The notes under the pieces: model-generated
What the model was told of the DNA's origin: nothing
Seen by the model: only the letters and a program-made list of their open reading frames with translations
Databases searched by the model: none
Virus record (IMG/VR): IMGVR_UViG_3300047558_000077
Coordinates: 108,365-172,364 of that record
Direction: 5' to 3' (one strand)
DNA from: a virus
DNA length: 64,000 nucleotides
Part shown: piece by piece, positions 55,901-64,000 of the stretch
Layout of the letters: each line of letters opens with the position of its first letter
Position numbering within the stretch: position 1 is the stretch's first letter
Translations under genes and position numbers: made by a program

Positions 55901-58000
55901 ATCAATGCCGCCTATACAATGGGCAATGCGAACTATGATACAACTAATGCTGCATTTACGGTTGCTAACAATGCTCTACCAAACACAACTGGTGCAGTAT
56001 TCGCAGGCAATCTAACAATCTCTGGTTCGTCAACCAGCAACAATGGCTTCTACTCAGTTCATGACTATAGAGGTCCATTTACCGATGGTATTGTTGTCGA
56101 TTATGTCAACGGTATTGGTCGTATCAGTGTTGGCGCTAACGATGCTCTAACATTCTACAATCATGGTGTTGGTAACATTCCAATTTTAACATTGACCGAG
56201 TATGGCTTTGTTGGTATCGGAACAACTAACCCAATCTATCCCGTTTCGATCATTGCCAATGGTGCAACAACCACAACTCTTGCCGGCGCTATCTTTGATG
56301 CAGAAGGTTCAGAGAATGGTTATGTCCAGCTAAACATTCGTAACGCTAACAACGGCTCCGATGCTTCTGGTGACTTTATTGCTACAGCCGACGATGGTAA
56401 TGATACAAGCAACTATATCGATCTTGGTATCAACAGTTCGCAGTATGCAAGTCCTGGATTTACTATCGCTGGCGCTCATGATGGATATCTCTATACATCA
56501 AATAGCAATCTAGCAATCGGTACCGCTAACACCACAGCATACAAGCATATCTCATTCTTCACTGGCGGCACACTAGCTGGCAATGAAGTTCTACGCATTC
56601 AAGACAGTGCTGCCGGTGGCAACATTGGTATCGGTAGAACCGATCCGCAACATAAGATCGATGTTGTCGGTTCGATCAATGCTTCTAACATTCTTATCAA
56701 TGGCATTCCACTTGGCACAGCATCTGTCAAGGTAAGCAACACTGCACCTTCACTACCTGCCGGTGGTAACATGTGGTGGGATACAGAAACTGGTAAGCTC
56801 TACATCTACTATATCGATGTGGATTCAGCACAGTGGGTTGAAGCATTCCCAGCCGAAGGTATCGACACTAGCTTTATTATTCCTGTTTATGAAACGGCAA
56901 ACGTTGGCACAATAGTTGCTAATGCTGCTTTTGCTACACTAAACGTCGCTTACGGTTCAATCAATTCCAATTGGACTGTAACAAATGCAATTTACAGTGT
57001 TTCAAACACAGCTTTTGCTTCTATCAACTCTAACTGGGTAGTAACTAATACAGTTTATGATGTTGCTAATGCAGCATTCAACTCTGCAAATAACGTTGCA
57101 CCACAAGTAGAGCCAGCATTTAGAACCGCTAACAATGCATACTTCAATAGTAATGCAGCGTTCATACATGCTAATGCTGCATTCGACTCGGCTAACAATG
57201 TTGCTCCGCAGGTAGAACCATCTTATAGAACAGCGAATAACGCTTACTTCAATAGTAACGCAGCATTTGATACTGCCAATGCGGCTTTCGCTGTAGCTAA
57301 CAATGTTGCACCTCAGGTCGAGCCAGCATTTAGAACTGCTAATAACGCATATCTAACTGCTAACGCTGCCTTTGATAGAGCAAATGCTGGCGGAGCTAAC
57401 GTCGGTCAGACTGCTCCTGCTGGTGCTACATCTGGTAGACTTTGGTGGAACAGTGATCTCGGTAAGATGTTCATCTACTATACAGATCCTGCTAACACTA
57501 GTGCATGGGTTGAAACATCACCATCTGCTTCTGTAATCGAAGGCAACATTGTCACTGGTTATCTTGATCCATTTGGTGCATTGGTCAACGCATCGTTCAA
57601 TGCTGCCAACTCATCATTCAATGCTGCAAACACAGCACTACAGAACACAACTACAACATACACTGGTACACTAACTGTTTCCGGTAATGTTTCATTCATT
57701 GCCAATAACAACTTTACTCTACCAACTGGTCCAACTGCCGGCAGACCGAGTCTCGCAAACTCTGGTATGCTTCGTTACAATACGACACTAAATAAGTTTG
57801 AGGGTTATACTACATCATGGGGTTCACTCGGTGGTGCTACAGGTGGAGGATCAGACGATGCATTCTATGAGAACACATCAACTATCAATAGCGACTACAC
57901 AATCAGCACAGGTAAGAATGCTATGACTGCCGGACCAGTTACAGTCAACACAGGTGTAACGATTACTGTTCCCGCTGGTTCAACTTGGACAGTAGTATAA
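49931..58000 (+). CDS. Giant (2689 aa) trimeric coiled-coil tail fibre
   Basis: Long N-x-x-aromatic heptad and 11/15-residue repeat blocks, duplicated DNIITLNAD modules, WW..D.GK.YIYY.D...W modules, C-terminal AGPVTV..GVT.TVP.GS.W.VV. Confidence 0.8.
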   Translation: MSIKITTGGDNKVNVVTTPKNRVQVTNGGSGSMAGVALATDLPPIFIHANSAFNTANAAYGSVNSNWTVMNVVYQTTNANYTMGNAAYIALNSAYNTVNAVYASANSNWTVQNLVYATVNANYVMANAGYVTLNAAYDTINAVYVSSNSNWVVQNVVYATVNANYIMSNASFVALNSAYDTVNAVYASSNSNWVVQNAVYDLANTIYASANSNWEVQNLVYATVNAAYDSSNSNWAVQNAVYDLANTIYASANSNWEVQNLVYATVNSSYVMGNASYVTLNAAYDTVNSVYDVSNSNYTMANASYVALNAAYDTVNAVFASSNSNWVIQNVIYHTVNADYTMSNAAYRTLNVAFDTANASYDSANSNWTVQNTLYETTNASYVMGNAAYHTINAAYASINSNWTVQNALYKVANTAYDSVNSNWTVQNLVYATVNSSYVMGNAAYVALNSAYDTVNAVYASSNSNWVVQNLVYATVNAAYTLSNAAYANANSLAIGANNWTNTVGMSANSYAGFMANSANIYTEATYVKLSSPSLQLITSDLGIAGNLFVVGEVTYANTRQLQVGDNIITLNADLPLTVPPIENAGIEVNRGNKDSNAALLWIESSEKWGFTGNVAQSISTFIASNTDLGKVHDLTNAVYASANSNWVVQNLVYATVNANYTMANAGYTTLNAAYDTVNTVYASANSNWTVQNIVYATVNANYTMANAGYNTLNAAYDTVNAVYASANSNWAVQNLVYATVNTNYTMSNASYEALNAAYDTANAIYASSNSNWVVQNLVYATVNANYVMANAGYETLNAAYATLNAAYDTVNADYAFTNSAYASINSNWEVQNLIYATTNAAYVMGNANYETTNAAYDTVNAVYASANSNWTVQNLVYATVNANYVMSNAGYETLNAAYDTTNAVYASANSNWVVQNLVYETVNASYTLANAAYANANSLAIGANNWANTKLANTNNIWFDGSLNIPQDLFIGRNITNVTQVIFNTGTNINPNVPGAMTWSQDELTLRFDMDTPGNVIQHIGQDLFYLVKNQTGETIPKGTAVRYAGTLGASGRLLIAKATANNAYPSRYFMGLTAAAINNGDDGFVLARGKLKQLNTNGFSEGDILYLSPTVIGGLQNTMPLAPNNKITVAAVINKGTNNGSIEIRPAFGSQLGEDELVELNALANGDFIRYNSATLRFENFNENDTGPAINAVAAFAHSNSVAIAANAWSNTVGTAGNNYTDHVGLSANSYAGHMVNSSNSYANSTYVKLIDGLQTITGNIDITGNVSIEKNLYVTGNVFFTDSTTLRIGDPLIYLAANNYATDLVDIGFIANYVNTGGANVHTGLYREHITKEYFLFQEYSSEPIGNHIDPYGNNFTLAVLNADLITNNLALAGANAINWISSAFDKANAAYVNANAVSIGANTWANTVGIAGNNYTDHVGVSANAYMLYSTTSANTYAGHMANSANIYAYDVGVAGNSFTVSIGLAGNSYTQQVGTAGNNYTDHVGLSVNTYASILAANNAVGANAWSNLVGLSVNTYASILVANNSAGANDWSNTVGLSANSYAGFMANSVNDWISIVSLAGNNYASVLAANNAVGANAWANTVGVSGNAYTDFVGLSVNTYTSILAANNAVGANNWANTVGVAGNNYTDHVGLSVNTYASILAANNAVAANGWANTVGIAGNNYTDYVGLSVNTYASILAANNAVGANNWANTVGTSGNAYADFVGASGNSYMLAVTTAGNNYASILAANNAVGANAWANTVGVAGNNYTDYVGASGNNYTNAVGIAGNNYTDYVGTSANTFADATYYKKTGGLISGDVAITGNLTISGETTYANTQQLQVGDNIITLNADLPLSVTPIDDAGIEVNRGDKNSNAALLWIETTEQWGFTGNAAQSISTFIASNTLVETYAVAGNNYTFNTGIAGNAYANYVGSSTNAYATATYATLSNVAIVYNTSNVAFDTANAAFAVANNVAPQIAPSYGTANNAYDTANASYTLGNAAYATINAAYTMGNANYDTTNAAFTVANNALPNTTGAVFAGNLTISGSSTSNNGFYSVHDYRGPFTDGIVVDYVNGIGRISVGANDALTFYNHGVGNIPILTLTEYGFVGIGTTNPIYPVSIIANGATTTTLAGAIFDAEGSENGYVQLNIRNANNGSDASGDFIATADDGNDTSNYIDLGINSSQYASPGFTIAGAHDGYLYTSNSNLAIGTANTTAYKHISFFTGGTLAGNEVLRIQDSAAGGNIGIGRTDPQHKIDVVGSINASNILINGIPLGTASVKVSNTAPSLPAGGNMWWDTETGKLYIYYIDVDSAQWVEAFPAEGIDTSFIIPVYETANVGTIVANAAFATLNVAYGSINSNWTVTNAIYSVSNTAFASINSNWVVTNTVYDVANAAFNSANNVAPQVEPAFRTANNAYFNSNAAFIHANAAFDSANNVAPQVEPSYRTANNAYFNSNAAFDTANAAFAVANNVAPQVEPAFRTANNAYLTANAAFDRANAGGANVGQTAPAGATSGRLWWNSDLGKMFIYYTDPANTSAWVETSPSASVIEGNIVTGYLDPFGALVNASFNAANSSFNAANTALQNTTTTYTGTLTVSGNVSFIANNNFTLPTGPTAGRPSLANSGMLRYNTTLNKFEGYTTSWGSLGGATGGGSDDAFYENTSTINSDYTISTGKNAMTAGPVTVNTGVTITVPAGSTWTVV
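50080..52740 (+). repeat. Degenerate 21-nt (heptad)/126-nt tandem coding repeats in the giant fibre
   Basis: NSNWxVQ-NLVYATV-NANYxMx-NAxYxTL-NAAYDTV-NAVYASx repeated in two blocks. Confidence 0.8.
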
Positions 58001-58009
58001 GGAAGTAAT

Positions 58010-58819
58010 ATGTCAGTAGTTATTAATGGCACAACAGGTATCTCTGGTGTTGATGGAACAGCGGCTGCTCCTGCCGTTCAAGGCAATGACACGAATACTG
58101 GCATCTTCTTTCCTGCAAACGATACGATTGCTTTTGCTGAAGGTGGCACCGAGGTTATGCGTATTGATCCTAATGGTAGATTGGGAATAGGTACAACTAC
58201 TCCATCTACTAAGTTACATATTAGCACAGGTACTACTGGAGGCATAGCACTTCTTCAAAGTTCTTCTAGAACAATATATTTTGAGGATGATGGTTCCAGT
58301 GCAAGATTATCTACAGAAGGTACAGGTCAATTTGCTATTCGTGCATCTTCATCTGGTGGTAGTCATCTTATCATTGATACCTCGGGTCGTATCACTAAGC
58401 CAAGTCAACCAGCGTTTCATGCGTTTTTGACAAACACAACATCTTTTGCCGCTGGTATATCCGCAAGGACTTTAGATAATGTTCAATTTAATATTGGTAA
58501 TCATTTCAATACATCAACAGGCAGATTCACGGCTCCGGTGTTAGGAACTTATGTGTTTTATTGTAATATATCACTAAATTCTTCAACACAAACTCAAGCA
58601 TATATATCGGCAGAGCTATATCTTAATGGCAATAGACAATATGTTGGTGGATGGGTAAATAGAGTCACAGCCAGTAACAGTTATTTAAAAGTAGGAACAA
58701 GTTATATGATTAGATTGAATCCCGGGGATTATGTTCAGCTTGGGTGTGAAATACATCAAACAGAAAATGTAATTGGTGGCTCAGGACACACCTATATGAC
58801 CGGATACTTGATAGGATAA
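58010..58819 (+). CDS. Fibre protein with C-terminal C1q/TNF-like domain
   Basis: GRITKPSQPAF...NIGNHFNTSTGRFTAPV.G.Y.F...GYLIG. Confidence 0.8.
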   Translation: MSVVINGTTGISGVDGTAAAPAVQGNDTNTGIFFPANDTIAFAEGGTEVMRIDPNGRLGIGTTTPSTKLHISTGTTGGIALLQSSSRTIYFEDDGSSARLSTEGTGQFAIRASSSGGSHLIIDTSGRITKPSQPAFHAFLTNTTSFAAGISARTLDNVQFNIGNHFNTSTGRFTAPVLGTYVFYCNISLNSSTQTQAYISAELYLNGNRQYVGGWVNRVTASNSYLKVGTSYMIRLNPGDYVQLGCEIHQTENVIGGSGHTYMTGYLIG

Positions 58820-58822
58820 ACA

Positions 58823-59449
58823 ATGCCAATTAAGATCAAATCAACAGGTGGTGGTTCAGTATCAATCGATGTTCCTAACACGGGTTCAGATTTCGCACTA
58901 ACTGCACCAGCGATATCAGGCAATATCATTACGAGCGGCGACACTGCCACTATTACTCAGGCTATGTTAGGCGCTAATTCTGTAATACAGAGCAAACTAG
59001 CTAATGGCATAGCATCTACAGGTCCCGCTTTTTCCGTTTATAGAAATACAACACAAACAATTCCACACAACACTTTTACTAGGGTAAACTTTGAAATAGA
59101 AGAATTTGACACCGCTAACTGTTATGACAATACCACTAACTTTAGATTTACACCTAATGTTGCTGGTTACTATCAGATTTCTTTGCACTTATCTATAAGT
59201 CTATCTGGAACAAATGCTTCCACATTCATTGCGGCGATCGCAAAAAATGGTAGCGTTACTTCTCAAAACTATATAACATATAGAGACATTACTAATACAT
59301 ATTCGGCTCATACTACTAAGTTGATTTATATGAATGGCACAACAGATTATATTGATGGTCAGATATATCATAATCAGGGCGCCGATCGAGTATTAGCGGT
59401 AAATCAGACTTTTTGTTATATGTCAGGTTTTCTAGCGAGGGCAGCGTAA
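58823..59449 (+). CDS. Fibre protein with C1q-like domain
   Basis: GPAFSVY...EEFDT...YD...FRFTP.VAGYY...MNGTTDY. Confidence 0.75.
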   Translation: MPIKIKSTGGGSVSIDVPNTGSDFALTAPAISGNIITSGDTATITQAMLGANSVIQSKLANGIASTGPAFSVYRNTTQTIPHNTFTRVNFEIEEFDTANCYDNTTNFRFTPNVAGYYQISLHLSISLSGTNASTFIAAIAKNGSVTSQNYITYRDITNTYSAHTTKLIYMNGTTDYIDGQIYHNQGADRVLAVNQTFCYMSGFLARAA

Positions 59450-60207
59450 TGTCGACCATTAGAGTCAATAGTATTCAACATTCAGGTGCAGCTAATGCTT
59501 CTATAGAATTAAGTTCTAATGGTAGAGTTACTTTTTCTAATACAGTAGCTTTTACAAGCAATGTCGGTATTGGCACAACATCGCCCGACACCAAACTAGT
59601 GATTGAAGGTGGCACATCTGAGGACCAATTCAGACTAGGGACAGGAACAAACTATTATAGAATAGGTCGTGAGTCGATTTCTACCGGTTCACTAACGTTT
59701 TATGGAACACAGTCCGGCGCTACAGGATATGTGTTTAGCGGCATAAATGGCGAACGTATGCGTATTGATAGTGCTGGTCGTATTACTATGCCGTTTCAAC
59801 CAGCGTTTGCTGCCTGGGGAGGAACAACTCAATCATGGTCTGGAACAGCGAACTATCAAGTTTTGCAATTAAACACTACTGGAACATCAAATAATTCTAG
59901 AAACTCTGGCTATAGCACCTCAACATATCGCTATACTGCACCGGTTTCAGGTATGTATATGTTTTTTGGTAAAATTACACAAACAACCGCTGTGACTGGT
60001 CCAGCGTTAATATTGACTGTCAATGGATCAACTGTCATGACGGAAATGGCAATTGGTTATAGTGTCGCTTATATGTCTACATCTGGTATGTGGCCAGTTT
60101 ATATGAATGCTGGAGATTTTGCTGATCTTAGAGTTGCAAATTTTAACAATGTCAACTTGACACTCGATTTGGGTAGATGTAATTTTGTAGGATGGTTATT
60201 AGGCTAA
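59449..60207 (+). CDS. Fibre protein with C1q-like domain
   Basis: ERMRIDSAGRITMPFQPAF...YTAPVSG.Y.F...GWLLG. Confidence 0.8.
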   Translation: MSTIRVNSIQHSGAANASIELSSNGRVTFSNTVAFTSNVGIGTTSPDTKLVIEGGTSEDQFRLGTGTNYYRIGRESISTGSLTFYGTQSGATGYVFSGINGERMRIDSAGRITMPFQPAFAAWGGTTQSWSGTANYQVLQLNTTGTSNNSRNSGYSTSTYRYTAPVSGMYMFFGKITQTTAVTGPALILTVNGSTVMTEMAIGYSVAYMSTSGMWPVYMNAGDFADLRVANFNNVNLTLDLGRCNFVGWLLG

Positions 60208-60223
60208 ACATAAATAGGAAGAC

Positions 60224-61384
60224 ATGGCATTAACATTTCCATCATCACCGATTGACGGGCAGGTCTTTACAGACACAGAAACTGGCAATAGATATCTCTA
60301 TGATGCCACTCGTGGTCTATGGAAATTTGCTGCTAACAATGTAGGCATGACCGTCTCGTCTATACCGCCAGTAGCACCAGCACAAGGTGCCATGTGGTAT
60401 CACAGAGATATTGGTAGAACATTCGTCTATTATGACGATGGTGACTCCAAGCAATGGGTCGAAGTTGTTCCTGCACCCGGTTCATTTGATAGTGCGACAG
60501 TTGCCGGCTTTGCTAATGCTGCGGCACAGATTTACGTTATACCAGTTTATACCAACGCTAATGCTGCATTTAGACACGCTAATGCCGGATTTACAAGGGC
60601 TAATACAGCATTACAGAACACAAGTGGAACATTTGCTGGTGATTTGAGTATTACAGGTAATGTTGGTATCGGAACCAATTTTTCTAGTAAATTTTTTGAG
60701 ATTAGAAAAGATCAAAACTCCGAAACGTCGTTATGGATTACTAATAATAATAGTATTGCTCCCGGCACGAACAATTCAATCATATTCGGCGGTTACCGTG
60801 ATGTTGAATTTAATTATCAGGTAGCTAAAATTTCAGCTATTCATGGAACAGGATCATCAGCAAACTTAAATCATTCTGGAGCATTAGCATTTTTTACACA
60901 ACAAGCAAGTGGTTTATTGAATCCTGATTTACCTATAGAACGTATGCGTATTGATAGTTCTGGACGTGTAACTAAGCCATATCAACCCGCATTTCGAGTA
61001 ACTACTACAGATAATGGTAGTTTTACTACTGGAACGATTCCATGGAATACTAGTATATTTAATAATGGTGGACACTTTTCAACTTCAACGTATAGATTTA
61101 CTGCGCCAGTGGCGGGATTCTACTTTTTTGAAGCGCATACACTTTCAAATCGTAATACAAACACCGGTGATCATGGATTTGATTTCTTTGTCAATGGTTC
61201 TGCGGTTAAGAGAATTTACTCTGGCATTTCTGGTTCGGCGAGCGTTCACTCGGAAGCCAGAGGTTTTGTGTTGCTACAATTAAATGTCAATGATTATGTT
61301 ACCACTGAAATGTATGGTAATGCTAAAACTGGTATAGTTGGTACACCAAATCATGATCAGTTTGTCGGATACTTTCTAGGCTAA
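60224..61384 (+). CDS. Fibre protein with C1q-like domain
   Basis: MALTFPSSP.DGQ N-terminus; ERMRIDSSGRVTKPYQPAF; FTAPVAG; GYFLG; CATAAATA upstream. Confidence 0.8.
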   Translation: MALTFPSSPIDGQVFTDTETGNRYLYDATRGLWKFAANNVGMTVSSIPPVAPAQGAMWYHRDIGRTFVYYDDGDSKQWVEVVPAPGSFDSATVAGFANAAAQIYVIPVYTNANAAFRHANAGFTRANTALQNTSGTFAGDLSITGNVGIGTNFSSKFFEIRKDQNSETSLWITNNNSIAPGTNNSIIFGGYRDVEFNYQVAKISAIHGTGSSANLNHSGALAFFTQQASGLLNPDLPIERMRIDSSGRVTKPYQPAFRVTTTDNGSFTTGTIPWNTSIFNNGGHFSTSTYRFTAPVAGFYFFEAHTLSNRNTNTGDHGFDFFVNGSAVKRIYSGISGSASVHSEARGFVLLQLNVNDYVTTEMYGNAKTGIVGTPNHDQFVGYFLG

Positions 61385-61410
61385 ACATAAATAACAATAA
61401 ATAGGATACA

Positions 61411-62445
61411 ATGGCATTAAACTTTCCTAACTCACCAACTGATGGTCAGATATACACAGATACCTCTACTGGCTATCGCTGGGTGTGGGACTCTGGCAAT
61501 ACGACATGGAAATCAACCTCAACGTATGCTCAGACGATTACTGTGTCATCTACACAACCAGGCTCACCAGTCATTGGTCAGCTATGGTGGAATAATGATT
61601 ACGGTCGCTTGTTTGTCTATTATAGCGATGGCGACTCTTCACAGTGGGTCGATGCTTCACCAAATGACTTCAATGCTGTTGCTGCATTTAGACATGCTAA
61701 TGCTGGATTTACAAGGGCTAATACAGCTTTACAGAATACAACAGGCACGTTTGCTGGAACATTATCCACTTCTGGTGGCATAAGCGTTACTGGCAACATG
61801 GCATCAATCTCACCATCGTCTATTGGTGTTTATTTGGGCCGTGATTCTGGCGCCGCTAACAATGCAGGTATCGATATCTCTTGTAGTCCAACTGGCTATG
61901 GTTGGTTAGATTTTAACAATTCATCTAGTATAGACTATAAAGGTCGAATCGGTTACGATATTGGTAATGATATCATGCATTTAGTTACCAATGGTATCAT
62001 TAGACAACAGATTGATAGTGTTGGTCGTGTCACAAAACCATATCAGCCGGCCTTTTGGATTGAAGATTTTGATTGGTCTAGTTCAACACAAAGACCACAC
62101 AATGGATATGTAAGATACAATATAGGTAACCATTACAACAACACTAATGGATATTTCACCGCACCAATTACTGGTCGATATATGTTCATCTGCACTGTTC
62201 AAGGTCATGCTCCAAATGAAACTTCAGGTAGAAATGCGACATACTATAATCTAAAGGTTAATATTAATGGTGTTGATATTGGAAACGAGATTGTGGCTAC
62301 TTGTCAGGACTCAGTGTATGGTAAGCATAGTCAAATCACATACCCAGCCTTAGTAGTCCTAAATGCCAACGATGTGTTTTATTTTAACAGTAATTATGGT
62401 TTCAGAGTTGTTCAAAACAGTTATGTCGGTTATCTATTAGGATAA
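61411..62445 (+). CDS. Fibre protein with C1q-like domain
   Basis: MALNFPNSP.DGQ; GRVTKPYQPAF; FTAPITG; GYLLG. Confidence 0.8.
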   Translation: MALNFPNSPTDGQIYTDTSTGYRWVWDSGNTTWKSTSTYAQTITVSSTQPGSPVIGQLWWNNDYGRLFVYYSDGDSSQWVDASPNDFNAVAAFRHANAGFTRANTALQNTTGTFAGTLSTSGGISVTGNMASISPSSIGVYLGRDSGAANNAGIDISCSPTGYGWLDFNNSSSIDYKGRIGYDIGNDIMHLVTNGIIRQQIDSVGRVTKPYQPAFWIEDFDWSSSTQRPHNGYVRYNIGNHYNNTNGYFTAPITGRYMFICTVQGHAPNETSGRNATYYNLKVNINGVDIGNEIVATCQDSVYGKHSQITYPALVVLNANDVFYFNSNYGFRVVQNSYVGYLLG

Positions 62446-62459
62446 AAAAGGAGTAAACA

Positions 62460-62744
62460 ATGACAACTTACACAGTAGAATACACAAACACAGAAGACCT
62501 TGCAATGCAGTATGCAGCGGCATCCGTTGACGACTGGATTCAAAACGCAGCACATGAACGTGCCAGAATTGCTATTGATGAAATCGTAGCACTTGCCGTT
62601 CAGAAATTTCTAGATGCTGGACAGTCTATTCCAGGTTCAAAGGATGAAATCGTTGCCGCTGCTTTTGCTAACGGTTGGGTCAAGACCGCAGCACAACGTA
62701 ACAAGGAATCTGCAAGTCAAATTCCAGTAGCACCTGAAGCCTAA
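62460..62744 (+). CDS. Small fibre-associated protein (possible chaperone)
   Basis: DWIQNAAHERARIAIDEIV...GWVKTAA; AAGGAG RBS. Confidence 0.7.
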   Translation: MTTYTVEYTNTEDLAMQYAAASVDDWIQNAAHERARIAIDEIVALAVQKFLDAGQSIPGSKDEIVAAAFANGWVKTAAQRNKESASQIPVAPEA

Positions 62745-63604
62745 TGCCATCATTAGACTTTCCATCGAATCCTACTGATCAACAGACATACACACTAAAC
62801 GGCATTACGTATCAGTATAATGCTTCTATAGGTGCATGGCTAACCGTTGTGGTTGGTAGTCAGCCAGTTACATTAGCTAACAACAAACAAGTTTTGTATA
62901 GTAATAATGGATTGATTAGCGGAACAAATGGATTAGTCTACGATAACTCAGCAAATACGCTTCATGCAAATACGGTTATAGTTGCTGGGTCGGCTATTCC
63001 GAGTGGTAATGTCTTCAATTTAGCTTATGCTACTGCAAATGCAGGATTTGCTAAGGCCAATGCAGCATTGGCCAACACAAGTGGTACATTTGCTGGTAAT
63101 CTTGGTGTTACTGGTTCAGCCACTGTCGGTTCTTTTTGCTACATGGATGTTAATGGTATAGTAGTTAGAACGGGCGGCGGCAACTACGGACTAAGAATAT
63201 ATCCAGGCGGTGGTACTGATACCTCAGCTTCAATACTTCAATTTACAAATGCCGCTCAGAATGCTCAGTGGGGTTCGTTATATCAAAGTAACACCTCTAT
63301 GGGTATTGGAACAGATTTATCAGTGCCTTTGTATTTTAGAACTGGCGGCACAAATAGACTCTATGTCGATTCAACAGGTCATGTATTACCGGCGGCAACC
63401 AACACTTATGATCTTGGTTCATCATCCGCCAGATGGCGAAACATTTTTACACAAGATTTGCATCTTTCCAACGGAATAGGTGATTACACTATTGTTGAAG
63501 GTGAAGAAGAACTATTTCTATATAATAACAAAACACAAAAAGTGTTTAAGTTTGCGTTGATAGAAGTTGATCCATCTACAGCGCCGAAGAAAATGGATCA
63601 ATAA
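62744..63604 (+). CDS. Tail fibre-like protein
   Basis: LDFPSNP N-terminus; P..TNTYDLGSSS.RW.NIF..DLHLSN...YTI.EGEE.LFL.N. Confidence 0.75.
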   Translation: MPSLDFPSNPTDQQTYTLNGITYQYNASIGAWLTVVVGSQPVTLANNKQVLYSNNGLISGTNGLVYDNSANTLHANTVIVAGSAIPSGNVFNLAYATANAGFAKANAALANTSGTFAGNLGVTGSATVGSFCYMDVNGIVVRTGGGNYGLRIYPGGGTDTSASILQFTNAAQNAQWGSLYQSNTSMGIGTDLSVPLYFRTGGTNRLYVDSTGHVLPAATNTYDLGSSSARWRNIFTQDLHLSNGIGDYTIVEGEEELFLYNNKTQKVFKFALIEVDPSTAPKKMDQ

Positions 63605-64000
63605 ATGCCTATCAATACTGCTAATGGCATTTTAGCATCTCGACCACCTAGAACTGTTGTAAGTCTCGACAGTAGGTCAGGGTGTCCTGGTGCTGATGCG
63701 GCAGGACCATATAGCACCAATAACAACTTATTAACTCAAACTATAGTCTTATCATCTTCCTCTGTTGTGTGGATACAGGGCAGAATGATTTATAACAATC
63801 TAGGTCGTTGTGATATGCAACTATTCATCAACAATGTTGCTTATTGCAATGGACTACAAAGCGTTCAAACCACTGCCAATTGGGAAGAAGAAAATGTTTC
63901 TTGGGCGCTAGTATTAGCAGCGGGAACCTACAATATAGAATTGAGAAGATCAACTTGTCCTGGTAGATGGGGATGTGGAGCAGATTGGGGTGAGATAGTA
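63605..64000 (+). CDS. Fibre-region protein, 3'-truncated by the window
   Basis: ATG 63605, open to the end (MPINTANGILASRPPRTVV...LAAGTYNIELR...). Confidence 0.6.
   Translation, partial: MPINTANGILASRPPRTVVSLDSRSGCPGADAAGPYSTNNNLLTQTIVLSSSSVVWIQGRMIYNNLGRCDMQLFINNVAYCNGLQSVQTTANWEEENVSWALVLAAGTYNIELRRSTCPGRWGCGADWGEIV

Noticed and set aside
58010-63604. Diversity-generating retroelement or shufflon
   Set aside because: No reverse transcriptase, no adenine-specific TR/VR pair, no invertase or inverted cassettes in this window
1-64000. Stop-codon reassignment, introns or inteins
   Set aside because: Core genes (rnh, ligase, gp32, gp6, gp8, phoH, rtcB) are intact and of normal length in the standard code

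Overview
A 64 kb segment of a large T4-superfamily myovirus genome. The two-piece tmRNA and RegA/RegR-like boxes suggest, by inference, an alphaproteobacterial host. 1-20.2 kb (+ strand) is an early/middle accessory and replication region. It carries RNase H, a DUF262-HNH nuclease, a GIY-YIG-like gene, a sigma region-4 protein, RtcB, a GP88-like Fe-S protein, DNA ligase, a DenV-like protein, PhoH, a PD-(D/E)XK exonuclease, a stand-alone adenylate-forming enzyme, gp33, a nucleotidyltransferase, gp59 and many small ORFs. gp32 lies at 20.2-21.2 kb. 21.2-26.1 kb (- strand) holds gp48, gp54, gp26, gp51 and a multi-domain peptidoglycan hydrolase. 26.1-64 kb (+ strand) holds gp4, gp2, gp53, hub/gp5-like genes, gp25, gp6, gp7, gp8, a VrlC-like protein and a long fibre/adhesin array. 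Highlights not in the ORF track: (1) a circularly permuted two-piece tmRNA gene (tag ANDNVPFDYALAA); (2) an ArfA-like 38-aa peptide right behind rtcB and an RMF/CrpP-like small protein, which with RtcB, tmRNA and an NTase suggest a phage ribosome-rescue/RNA-repair toolkit; (3) four copies of a promoter module with a helically phased TGCG(A/T)CA-N3-TGTCGCA palindrome matching the RegA/RegR/PrrA box, plus clustered GTNNAC sites; (4) a His/Gly-rich gp38-like adhesin next to a 2OG-Fe(II) oxygenase. All family calls come from motif recognition by eye; no database search was run.
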